64,000 nt of DNA from Octopus vulgaris (taxonomy: Eukaryota): NCBI GenBank assembly GCA_951406725.2, contig OX597819.1:75082001-75146000 (forward strand), in the 5' to 3' direction. Position 1 is the first letter of the stretch, and the number at the start of each line of letters is the position of its first letter. The translations under genes and the position numbers were made by a program. The notes below the pieces were generated by a model. It saw only the letters and a list, made by a program, of their open reading frames with translations. It made no database searches and was not told the origin of the DNA. This document shows, one piece after another, positions 13,419 through 25,897 of this stretch.

Positions 13419-13810
13419 AGTAATATTCGTAACCACTTTAATGTGGCTGTCCGTTCGAACGGATTCTACCACGATTTTTAAACTCCTAGAGGACATCTCC
13501 TCTAGCTGGTTAACGTTGCACAGCTGCATCCGATAAATTGCGAGCAGAGGAACGAATCCCTACCATCTTCTAGCGACGGGACCAGTAGACCAGTACTGAG
13601 GAGTGCAGAAATAGCCCGAAACCAGAATTGGTCTACTGGTCTACACGTCCCATCGCTAGAAGGTGATAGGGATTCGTTCCCCTGCTCACAATTTATCGGA
13701 TGCTGCTGTGCATCGTTAATCAGCTAGAGGAGATGTCCTATTGGGGTTAAAAAGTCGCAGTCGAGTCTGTTCGAACGGACAGCCATGTTAAAGTGGCTAC
13801 GAATATTACT
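13419..13810. repeat. Long imperfect inverted repeat (arms of ~175 bp) forming a rod
   Basis: agtaatattcgta...gggac pairs with gtccc...tacgaatattact along its length, with mostly transition mismatches. Confidence 0.95.
13585..13644 (+). ncRNA. Type I hammerhead ribozyme at the tip of the long hairpin
   Basis: gtagaccagta|CTGAGGA|gtgc-agaaata-gccc|GAAAC-ca-gaat-tg-GTC|tactggtctac; 11-bp stem I, 4-bp stem III, predicted cleavage after C13633. Confidence 0.85.
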
Positions 13811-13932
13811 GGTCAGTACAACTACTGCGTTGATCTCTTAAGGAGGTTTTAGAACTAGCATTTTTGTTTATTAACATCCTCAAGCTATCTGCTTTCTAGC
13901 AGTCAGACAAAGTGTGCGTTGATACTTATGCT

Positions 13933-13965
<33 letters not shown>

Positions 13966-14249
13966 GCGTGTCACAGTTTCTCCATTTATCGATGGAAGCG
14001 AGATTTACCCAGTTTTCTGTAGGTGGATAACTACTGCTGATGAGGCGTAAGCACAATAACGCTGCCTGATTTTTCTCGTCTGCTACCGATATCTTTATGC
14101 TTATATGCTTTAGATATCTATCTAGACATCAAGAGGGAAAGAGGCGGATTTCTGCAGTATTATGGCGCTCTCATGATACATCTACATTAAGTAGGATACA
14201 TAAACTGCTATTCGGTGATAGACTGTTATTAGTGTCGCTAGTATCACAC

Positions 14250-14328
<79 letters not shown>

Positions 14329-14509
14329 AATTTAAATACACAGCTGAAAGAGCTACTAATAGTTTCATGCTTTTAAGATTCTTGAACGCCATGTATTTCA
14401 AAGCCTGAAAGATTGTTTTAAGATATCTGGCGTATTTTATAAATGTGCCTGCTCAAGCATCTTAAAAACATGAAACTTTTAGTACCTCTTTCGGCTGTGT
14501 ATTTAAATT
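14329..14509. mobile_element. Palindromic MITE-like element
   Basis: ~58-bp imperfect inverted arms aatttaaatacacagc..gaaagag / ctctttcggctgtgtatttaaatt. Confidence 0.75.
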
Positions 14510-15252
14510 GATATTTATCTCTCAGTGGATTGAGTATTTTTTTTGCTGATTCTACCTCCATTGGATCTTTAAACTATACACACACACACACACGCACACA
14601 CACACACACACACACATGCACATATATACGCGCGAGTGCGTGTGTACATACACACACACACACACACACACATGCATATATATACGCGCGCGCGCGTGTG
14701 TACATACACACACACGTGCGTGTATGTATATTTGTATGCATACAAATATATATAGAGACAAAAAGAGGGGATGGGTGGCGTGTTTAAATGCAGGTATATG
14801 CATATCTGTTATGCATACTTATAGACATTAAACTTCCATATCTAAGTGTTAACATCTGTCTAGATGTCTGTAGCAAGTAGGTATAAAGGAATGTTTAAAA
14901 ATCCCCTTTAGAATAATGAGGTCTCGGGTTCAAGCCTTTTGGGCGCCATTTTGTTTTGTGTCTTCGCTATAGTGTTACACAATACTAGACTTGTGAATGA
15001 AAGTGGATGGACGGAAACTTTGTGAAGATTTATCTGATGGATTGTATATGTAATTCAAAAGGTCAGTCTTGCTGCAGTTGTGTCATAGCGACACTGCCAG
15101 GGGATTATTTTAAGGATGCAAATGAATATTCGATTACTTGCACGTTACAATTCATTGAGAAGATCAATGGATCGAACAACGGAAATACGCATTGTCGAAC
15201 CTGATATGAGATCCTTTTAAGTTGGCATTTTTACTCATACGCACAAGCACGC

Positions 15253-15254
<2 letters not shown>

Positions 15255-15308
<54 letters not shown>

Positions 15309-15410
15309 ACATACATACACACACACACAAACACACACATACGCACACACACAAACATGTACGCGCATAACGTCGCACTTCGCACATATATACATTCCCA
15401 CCTCACTACA

Positions 15411-15472
<62 letters not shown>

Positions 15473-15551
15473 GAAATCTATTAAAAGGTACTTAAATACA
15501 GTCCCAGACACACAGTGACCATTTGAAATGCTGAATTCCGACATCAAACAT

Positions 15552-15599
<48 letters not shown>

Positions 15600-15600
15600 C
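15255..15600. repeat. (CA)n clusters
   Basis: Directly visible. Confidence 0.93.
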
Positions 15601-16059
15601 GATCATACAAACGCAAAAACATAAACACACGCTGAACACATTCGCACACATATACACAAACATAAACACCACAAAATGGTCACGAAATATACACATACTC
15701 CTTTCTCCGATCAATAACTATTATTATGTTGAAACCTTGTAGACGTTTTTAGGAGCCATTTTAAGATTCATGAAACATTGGCAATCACCATTCCAAGTAC
15801 ACAGCACTCGGCATCATTGCTAATACCAACTTCACCCCCATCCCCAAACCAGTACCATCTGCCACCACCATCATCCATCAATAAACACGGCGCCAACCTT
15901 TTGCAATAGTTGGATGGTTTCTTCTGAATCAGGTTATCGTACGTATATATAAATACGTCACGAACAAGTAGAGCTTAAAGTATTAAAACCAGAGGGAGGA
16001 AAAATTGAAGGACTGTGTGTGTTATGTAATGTGTTATATTTTGCTCTCTATGAATCTGC

Positions 16060-16310
16060 ATGTGCGTATGTATGTATGTATGTATGTATGTATGTATGTA
16101 TGTATGTATGTATGTATGTATGTATGTATGTATGCATGTATGCATGTATGTATGTATGTATGTATACATGTATATGTGTGTATGTATGTATGTACGTACG
16201 TATGTATGTATGTATGTATGTATGTATGTACGTACGTACGTATGTATGTATGTATGTATGTATGTATGTATGTATGTATGTATGTATGTATGTATGCACA
16301 CCCATACATT

Positions 16311-16369
<59 letters not shown>

Positions 16370-16676
16370 GTATCTATTTGTATATATATGTATTTATTTG
16401 TATTTTATTTGTATATATATATGTGTGTAAGTGTATGTATTTGTATTATATTTGTGTATATATGTATGTGTGTGTTTATTTACGTATATATATGTATTTA
16501 TTTACATGTGTTTAGTTTATATATGTTTATCTACTTTTATAATATATATATTTATACATACTTACAATATAACTATATATGTGTGTGTGTGTATGCGTGT
16601 GTATATGTATATATATGTACATGTGCGTATATATGTGCTATATGTGTATTTATATATATATATATATATAACCATC

Positions 16677-16709
<33 letters not shown>

Positions 16710-16715
16710 GTGTGT
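16060..16715. repeat. (TATG)n/(TA)n/(TG)n compound microsatellite
   Basis: Directly visible. Confidence 0.93.
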
Positions 16716-16959
16716 AACCTTGGAAAGTAAAAAGTAACCGGTTATCGATTTCTTTTGGTTTGTCTGGATGAGTAACCATTAAATTCCAGATTTTAATCTT
16801 CGTTTTTCTATTTTACTAGTTTTTCTTACTGTTTTTGCTGTTATTGATATTTTAACGTTGTTCTTACTTTTGTTCTTGGTGACGACGGCGACAACGACGA
16901 CGACGACGACGACGACGATGATGATGATAATAGTGCTCACGGTTGTTGCTTTAGTAATA

Positions 16960-17356
16960 ATGGTTTCAATTTTTGGCACAAGGCCAGCAATTTTGAGGGT
17001 GGAGTAAGTCGATTACATCGACCCTAGTATTCAACTGGTGCTTATTTCATCGGCCCTGAAAGGATGTAAGGCAAAATCGGCCAAGGTGGAATTTGAACGT
17101 AGAACGTGTAAAGACAGACAAAATGCCGCCTAGCATTTTACCCAGTGTGGTGTGTTAGTAATAAGAATATTGGTTTCAAATTTTGGCATAAAGCCAGCAA
17201 TTTTGGGGAGAGGTAAGTCGATTTCATCGCCCCCAGCGTTCAACTAGTACTTATTTCTTCGACTCCGAAAGGATGAAAGGCAAAGTCAACCTAGGCAGAA
17301 TTTGAACTCAGAACGTCAAGACAAACGAAATGCCGTTAAGCATTTTACCCGCTGTG
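16960..17356 (-). mobile_element. Two tandem SINE family A copies, tail variant C
   Basis: Both start tggtttcaa(a/t)ttttggca..a.gccagcaatt and carry the central domain and B-box. Confidence 0.85.
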
Positions 17357-19249
17357 TTGTGTTAATAATAATAATATTAACGTTAATATTGCAATCAGTC
17401 GATCAACATGTAACGAGTCCCAGCAGTCAAGTAACTGAAGATTGGTTTTTAAAATGAAAGTACCGTGTGGTATTATTCCACCCCTTGCAGATCTTTTCCC
17501 TGCCAACTTTTACTTTTTTTTTTAGAAAGGAGGAAATGCAACGTATATGACTCCCTTCGGTTCCACCGAAACTGATGACAGGAAAACAGGAATTCATGTT
17601 CAGATAGGGAATCGTTTTCTTTAATTGTTATTAGATCATTATACTCTAAACTGTTTTTCTTCTTGTCATAACTTTTGCTTTTCTCTTTTTGTATTCTATG
17701 GTAATCCTCGAGTGATAAGACCTATGAACAAAGGCAGACCTACGTCTTATCCTTATATATACTCCGATACGCTTGTACGAAAAACACCGGAGTCTGTTGC
17801 GATTTTTGATAAAGCAAAATTTATTTTATTCTTTTCGTGCACAAAAAGCAAATAACTTCGTTACTACGGACGGCAAAGCGTCGAGAGTTTTGAATTTGTA
17901 GTGACGCCTGGTTCCAGACGCCATTTTGGGATTTTCATCCACGCATGCTCAGGGATTAGAGCCTTCCGGAAAGCCTGCCGGAAGCCCCTTATGCATATGC
18001 GCAGTCATCATCAGCAGCAAGGCTTGACCAATACTCTCTCTCTTCGGCCCCGGCTTCTAACCAGACAGGACGCAACTTAGACCAGCTCCGTGGAGCTGGA
18101 ATTCTAACGGCGAACGACGTTGCTAGTCTGTGAAAATGCCTTCATATTTTTGCGTCTAACTACCAACCCTGCTACTTCTCGCACACCAAGGCGTCCAGGC
18201 TACCGATGTCCAGAGATGAAATGTTTATTCAGGCGAAATAAATTATTATTGTTATTTGTTCGGAGAATCTTGTTCCCGCTATTTTCCTTTACCCAACTAT
18301 GTAAGGAATTGTGAGGCACTCATCCAGTGCCAACCTCAATTCCTACAAATTTTATTGTTCTTGGTGTAGTTATAGCAGCAGATGAAGAGCTGTTAGTTGC
18401 TTGCCAGCTATAGAGCTCTAATGTCTTTTGCTCTCTGATTGTTCATTGACTGAGTTATCAGTTGCTGTCCGCCGTCTCTCTTGGCCATCTCTTACAGTGT
18501 CTGTTAGTGCTCCCTTTGCTGCATCTCAGAGCTCTCAGTCTAGTAGTCACGATGGGTCGAATTTATACTGATTGAAGGAAGCGCGCCAAAGGATGACAAG
18601 GCGTGATTCGTCAAACTTGGTTGATCAAACTTGGTTGCAATACTTGGGCAATATTCTAGCGAATCCCGTCATCGGGTGATTGCTGAATATTTCCGCTACA
18701 TTCTTTTTCATGTTTCAGTAATTGGATTACGGCCATGCAATATATTGTAAGGTGCGTCGAACAAATCGACTCCAATACTTATTTAAATCTAATATATATT
18801 CTATTGGTCTCTTACCGATGTGATAAGTTACAATAAAGTAAATTCACTAAAATCAGTTATATGGTGATGGTGGTGGAGGTGGAACAAACACAAGCACAAA
18901 GTTACACACATACATACATTATATGTACGTATATTATATATATTATATGTATGTATGTATGTATGTGTGTATGTATGTATGTATGTATGCATGTATGTAT
19001 GTGTGCGTCTGTGTATATGTTCGTGAGTATGTGAGTATATATATATATATTGTAGCGAGAAGTTGAGGTTGTAAGAGACAATGGTGTCATTGAGACCCAA
19101 AGGTGTCAGGTAATGCTGAATAAGTGCTATAGACAGACCATTGTTAAGTTCCAGATTGCGAGTTGGTCAGCGTGTGTATATAAGAATTTTTTGCGTAATA
19201 AGATAATAAGCCAAGGCTGTATAGATATTAGAGCATTTATAGATATAAG

Positions 19250-19301
19250 GTCTTACAGCAGTTTCTAGGATATTAATTAATAATATCCCTTCATCGGAGA
19301 C
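19250..19301 (-). ncRNA. Minimal hammerhead motif (U4C variant) in a probable PLE pLTR
   Basis: Minus: gtct|CCGATGA|..ggatatt-loop-aatatcc..|GAAAC-tgct-GTA|agac. Confidence 0.6.
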
Positions 19302-19759
19302 GGTGTGAGAGGCACTAAGCACATGCAACCACCGCTTTTATCACACATTTAAAGTCTACCACAAATCCAAATGCCAGAATGACCATACAGTACATTTCCG
19401 CAATACTCCTTAGGTAATCTCAATAACCTATAAATTTACACTCTAACTCATAATCACAAAAGTCGCTTTGGTTATTTATGTGTTTTCACATATGATACTG
19501 AGGGCATAACAATAACATATTTTTCATGTGAACAGACTTACTTGTTCTGTGTATAACAATAGAAAGAACGAGCTCAGTGATACGTTTTCCGATGTCTTAT
19601 GTCTGCAACCAATCAAACTTCTATGATTAATCATATATCCATGTGTTTGCGAATACGTTTGCTTACATATTTTCACGTTGCTTCTCGCCAGTCTTTTGCA
19701 CAATCGGTAAGGTACAATTCAGAGAAGCGATGCAAAAGACTACAGCTGCTTCCGCTGCT

Positions 19760-19788
19760 GTTGCCTCTGCTGCTGCTGCTGCTGCTGC

Positions 19789-19868
<80 letters not shown>

Positions 19869-19978
19869 ATGATGATGATGATGATGAAGAAGAAGAAGAA
19901 GAAGAAGAAGAAGAAGAAGAAGAAGAAGAAGAAGAAGAAGAAGAAGAAGAAGAAGAAGAAGAAGAAGAAGAAGAAGAA
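19760..19978. repeat. (GCT)(AAT)(GAT)(GAA) graded microsatellite
   Basis: Directly visible. Confidence 0.95.
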
Positions 19979-20154
19979 GGGTTTTAAATTTCGGCACAAG
20001 GCCAGCAATTTCAGGGGAGGTGGTAAGTCGATCCAGTGCTCAGAGAGAATGAAAGGCAAAGTCCTGATAGCGGAATTTGAAATCAATATAAAGAGGGACG
20101 AAACGCTGTTGAGCTTTTTTTCCGGTGTGCCCACGATTCTACCAGCTCGCTGCC
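19979..20154 (-). mobile_element. SINE family A, tail C, internally deleted
   Basis: ggcacaaggccagcaattt..gaaaggcaaagtc..ccagctcgctgcc. Confidence 0.8.
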
Positions 20155-20209
<55 letters not shown>

Positions 20210-20220
20210 TGATGATGATA

Positions 20221-20760
20221 TGCCCTGATGCAGTACCAGCCAGTAGCTTTCATGGCTTCTCATCTTAACTGATTGGAACTGTAATCCTGCACATTATTTG
20301 TCTTGGTATAAAAGATGGGCAACAGCAAATATTCTGCTCAATACCACAGATTTGCTTGTCAGTTGCTTGACCATGACCATTTGAGCATGCTTTTTAGGAG
20401 GCTGACGATATGTGCATCTCTGATCACAAGCAGAAGTAGTGGGGGAGCATCAAATCCATGTATTGAGATGAATTATTTGTGGTTTGGATAATTCACTTCT
20501 GGAAACATGGGTGTTTTGTTCAACATCCTTAAACAACCCTTATTCAGGGATCTTTTGAGTTGGATGAGCTACACGACCTGAAGAAAATTCTAACTGGGCC
20601 CCACCTGTATAGTTATATAAGATCACCATGTTGCGCACATATGGTTGTGATGCATGTGCTTGGTGTACCCTTATCAGACGAGTAGTGATGATGTGTATAC
20701 TGGGCTTCGTATATTTTAACCCAGGGTCAGTTTGATAGCATGCACTGCTCTCTCACTCAA
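20221..20760 (+). mobile_element. ~540-bp non-coding interspersed repeat flanked by (TAA/TGA)n
   Basis: Ends ..ctctctcactcaataat; other copies at 2437-2674 and 35796-36111. Confidence 0.8.
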
Positions 20761-21093
20761 TAATGATGATGATGACATGAACTCTCATTAACTATTTCAT
20801 ATATAAGAGTTTGTCATGTATGTATATGTACATTTCTTATACATTTTCCTTGTACATATATATTACTTTTATTGTATATGTATAATCCATTTTTTAAAAA
20901 TATATTATTTGCCATCTATGTATATGAAAATGTTTTAATGTTTCCAAGTAGTATTTAATGTTCAGATATATCTATTCTTTCAAACTCATAGACAAATAAA
21001 TACAAAAAAAAAAACACACACACACACATACCTCTAAATCAGTATATGTAAACATACACTATGTATATAAACATAAATCCCTGTGTGTATGTG

Positions 21094-21146
<53 letters not shown>

Positions 21147-22015
21147 GTGTATGTATGTATGTATGTATGTATGTATGTATGTATGAACGGTTCAAATACG
21201 ATCTAATTTGAATCCATGCTCATAAATTTGACAATGGAGTGTTTATTGATGGCTTTATACAAGCAGCTGGAAAATAAAATGTCCACGTCTATTGGCAATG
21301 ATGCAAAGATGCAAAGCTAAATAGAATGAGATAAAAACAGTAGATTAATATCACCAAAGAAAAGTTGTATATTTGAAGCAAATATTGGACTTGTTTTCAT
21401 TAAATGACGCACTAGAAGTATTGTTATTTGGTTCGTCATTCGCGGATTTTTATATTGTTTTCTTGCTGTTATATCTTATTTATTCATTGGTTGGAGAAAA
21501 AAAATTCGTTTCAACGTTATATTTTTTTCTGGTTTTGCTTTCTACCGATTATTTACCATTTTGTTTTCTAAACAGTATATTGTGAGAAACTAGCGTGAGA
21601 AAAGTGTCTGGAACTTGACGTTTCATTTAAACAATATGTAAGTTGATTCGGCATCTTCAAGATTTAAAAAAAAAGTTTACCATGAAAGTATTAAATCTAA
21701 AAGTTGATTTGAAGTTTATTGTTTTTGAGATTATTTTTCGGTGTCTGCGCAGATTTATGATCAAAAGCTTGCTAACCATGACCATCCAAGCTTTTTTTCA
21801 GACCGTGTAACTAGAGCTACATTCTTCAGTGTGTAGCTTTACATTTCTTCTTTGCAGCAGGGTTTGATTTCTATAATATTTGGCTGCTATATTTAGCAGA
21901 TCAAGCTGATGTAGTTTATAGAATAACGGTGTATGTATGTATGTGTGTGTGCACGTGTGTGCGTGTATGTGCTTGTTTGTGTTAACAACATGAATGTTAC
22001 ATAAGCGTATATATA

Positions 22016-22246
22016 TATTTCTTTACTACCCACAAGGGGCTAGACACAGGGGGGACAAACAAGGACAGACAAAGGGATTAAGTCGATTACGTCGACCCCA
22101 GTGCGTAACTGGTACTTTATTTATCGACCCCGAAAGGATGAAAGGCAAAGTCGACCTTGGCAGAATTTGAACTCAGAACGTAACGGCAGACGTAATATCA
22201 CAAAGCATTTCGCCCGGCGTGCTAACGTTTCTGCCAGCTCGCCGCC
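22016..22246 (-). mobile_element. SINE family A, Tx1-like tail, full length
   Basis: Highly similar to 29554-29778; embedded in TA/TG microsatellite. Confidence 0.93.
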
Positions 22247-22332
<86 letters not shown>

Positions 22333-22357
22333 TGTATATGTATATATGTACGTATGC

Positions 22358-22391
<34 letters not shown>

Positions 22392-22399
22392 ACACAAAG

Positions 22400-24210
22400 T
22401 ACGGCGGTTTAGTTCACAGGTGATCTAAACGATTAGGTACACTAGATAAGTGCTGTAACGGATTAATAGGGCTCCAAGGTTATAGTTATGGAGCCATAGT
22501 AGATTTCCGATGTAGCAGATATATAGTAGTTAAACAGGACATCAAACATTAAGGCAAGGCAAATATCTCAAGCCATATATAATATTATTATAGGAAGAAA
22601 TTCAAAATCTTACAGCTGTTTCTGAGATATCCCCGAGTATGTGATATTCCGTCATCAGAGAAAACTATGGAAAATGAGAATGGTATATATCAGTAAGATG
22701 ACAACATATAGGAAGGGAGTAAAAGAATAAAGAGATGGAAAGAGAGAAGAAAAAAGGAGGATAAATGTTTAGTTCAACTTTCCGGAGTTATAGAAACTAG
22801 ATCCTTAGGTGCAATCCTTCGTAGATCCATGAGCGTAAGTCTTTAGGCGCAATCCTGCGTATATCCATGTAGGTTAAACTCCTGATATAGTAGATATCCC
22901 AAGAAAAAGATGCGAACATATCAACATTCAATAACATAATGGTAGCGGAGGTGGTTACTAATTGGTAAAAGTAAAGAAAATAAATAGAAAGAGAGGTAGA
23001 TAGGGGAGATTTTAAGGATTGACTATAGGATAAAGTAAGCTGCATATGTGTATAGTGTCTAAGAATTGTGCACAGGGTAGCCGAGGAGATAAGAGAGAGG
23101 ATGAGAAGGTAGAGGAAGAAAGGGTAAAAAAAAAAAATAGAGCGAAATGAAGGGAATTTAAGGAGAGTAGTAGATGTCAGGTATTCTCAAAGTCTAAAGT
23201 TATTGGGGAGGAAATTTGGTAGTAATTGCTTGCGTCTGTCCTTCCTGGATAAGGTCAGTGGCTGTAGAGTTATTTTTTGCAATGGGGTTATGTGTGCATA
23301 GGTAATCGAGAAAGGAAGAGCTATGTTAAGTTATTTATGAGTAGGAGTTAGAGTTTAGGGTTTGTAGTAGGGGACTTATTGAGTTAAGGTTTAAAATAAA
23401 TTCAGGATAAATTAAAGAATTAATATTTATCTCATAGTGTGATGAGGTACGATAGATAGATATGAAGTAAGACTTACTTTACTTGTACTTGTGGCGACAT
23501 TCACCCTGGGCGAGTTGAGTCGGCTTCTACCATCCTCGAGGCATCTCGAACCTTGGCAGTGGAAGAAGTTTCGTGGGAATATGAATTTCACAAGCGGTCC
23601 CAACAATCCCGCATGTAGAGACATCCTGTTTGCCGCAGATTGTCCGCAGACGCAGTGACAGAACGACCGAGGAGCCGCCAGTTGCCGAAACAGACACTCC
23701 GAGGATTTTCACCAGAGCCCCGTCTGCCGGGTTGTGGCCCTAATACCACTCGGTGTCAGACCAATCCGCCTTGGGTGGCCCTACCAGGAACCGAAATTCC
23801 CGGCGGCATAGCTCTGACACTACCCGTTGCCAGCGTTCCCACCACGGTGAGGGGGATGGACTTTGGGGACGCTGAGGTAAGACATGAGGTAGAAATAAGA
23901 GTTATAGAGATATAGAAGGAGTATGCGTTAATGATCATAGGTGTTTGTATGTAGGTGCTATTCTTGGGGAGGGGTGACCTTACATATAGATTTATGCAAG
24001 AATTTAAAAGTGCAGAAGAATTTGTAATTCGTTGTATTTATTAAGCAATTATGGTGAGTTGTGGGTTAGAATTTTGAGAGCTTCTTTTAAGCAAAGTCCA
24101 CAACTAGAGTGTTGGCCCTGATATGGGGTATGCGAGTCTATTATAGCCCAGGAAAGTTTATACTGTATTTTTCTATTAATTAGATGATGTATGTGGTTGG
24201 CTGTGTGGCT
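22400..24210 (-). mobile_element. Penelope-like element 3' portion: GIY-YIG C-terminus, long 3' region, pLTR with hammerhead
   Basis: 23985-24210 minus reads NHIHHL..YKLSWAII..TPY..CGLCLKEALKIL..LLNKYNEL; hammerhead downstream on the same strand; outer boundary uncertain. Confidence 0.7.
22608..22661 (-). ncRNA. Minimal type I hammerhead motif with intact core
   Basis: Minus: tct|CTGATGA|..atatc-loop-gatat..|GAAAC-agct-GTA|aga; palindromic stem III. Confidence 0.7.
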
Positions 24211-24406
24211 GTGTGGCTGATAGACTCAAGAAGGTGTCAATGTTCTGGGCGGACATTTTGAGCATTTACGGGACCAACATGGTACGATGTTTTTTAAATA
24301 ACAAAAATAAAATATACAACTATACAAGTGTAAGCCTGCTTTTACACCACCCTGTAAACACACGTATATGTATTTTAATACACACACACTCACACACATG
24401 CACATA

Positions 24407-24639
24407 CAGGTTTGGCCAAAAGTCACCCGACAGTAAATCAAAATTCCATAAATACTATCTGGAATTCTGTTTTGACTTGAATGGAAAAATGTGTCGCTCA
24501 AGAAGGGCTTCAGTTTGAACAATTTTCATGATGTTTCATATTTAGATGCTTTCACTAAATTCATTCAATTGTAAAACATAAATAAATCTTGGAATTAAAT
24601 GGTTTTGATTTATTGTCAGGTGACTTTTGACCAGCCCTG
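24407..24639. mobile_element. Tc1/mariner-type MITE
   Basis: TIRs caggtttggccaaaagtcacccgacagtaaatcaaaa / ttttgatttattgtcaggtgacttttgaccagccctg; TA on the left flank. Confidence 0.85.
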
Positions 24640-25852
24640 TCTATAGTATGTAGGTAGAGTTACAATCTAAGCAGTGACCGCTTGAAATCTATCTTCTTAT
24701 TTCAGTACTTTGTCTGAAAAGTTTCTAATAGGAGATATTTGACATGTTTCTCCTGCAAGCACAATTTTATAATTCCTATAAGCAAATGAAACACATGTGA
24801 TGGTGAATAAATTTTCCAATCTTCTGTCTTGATCTATGTATGTATGTATGTATGTATGTATGTATGTATGTATGTATGTATGTATGTATGTATGTATGTA
24901 TGTATGTATATACGTATGTATATATGTGTGTGTATGTATGTCATTATTCAGCTTTATTTCAAGATTCCTTGCCAATAGAGAAAGCAGGCTTCTAACCTAG
25001 CTCCCAAACTCCTTCATTAGAATTTCAACATCAACAGGACATTTTCGTATGTATATGTGCAAATTTCTATGCTTTGTTTTATATATGTATTCTTATACAT
25101 ATAGTTGCTATGTATGTATGTATGTATGTATGTATGTATGTATGTATGTATGTATGTATGTATGTATGTATGTATGTATGTATGAATGTACGTACGACCT
25201 TAAAAGCCGCTCCATCGGGCAGCTTTTAAGGTAGCTCCTGTGGAGGGATCTTCAATAGGCCTTGGGCCCAACAATGACGCTTCATGCATTGAGTACATAT
25301 TAAATTTTATTAAACTTGAACAATATTTTTCAAGCAAAACACAACTTTCATAAAAACAATGATATAATTTGTCGACTTGTAACTTATTGCAAAGCTGCAT
25401 GATAAACAACAGTACCGCCGCCATCGCCACAAAAATCTGCCATACACACACCATTCAGACTTCTGACGCCACCACCATCAATACCATTGATTTCGCCGCC
25501 TTCTCGTCCACTACCATCACCACTGTCTTTCACATCACTTACTCTCACCGTCATCTCTGACCGCCTCGGCTACCACCACTACCATCATCACCGCTGCCTC
25601 TGCCTCTATCACAGCACCAGCACTTACTATTACTATCACCCCAGTACCATCACCAAAAGGCTAAATGTGTGTATAAAAGAATTGTGCTAGGTATGTTAGT
25701 TCAGTGTTCAGTCCCTCTTTCTCTCACATACTCACTCTCTCTCTCTCTTATTATTATTCCCACTGCCATCATCAACACTACTACTTTTAATGAAAACATC
25801 ATCAACTCCCCCTAAATTTCTTTGTCTCTCTTTCTCTCCCTCTCGTTTTCGT

Positions 25853-25897
<45 letters not shown>

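Noticed and set aside
14037-14070. CTGATGA followed by a ggcgt/acgct stem
   Set aside because: No GAAA core after the stem, so not a hammerhead
19599-20263. ORFs with poly-N/D/E or poly-M/K
   Set aside because: Microsatellite plus SINE sequence
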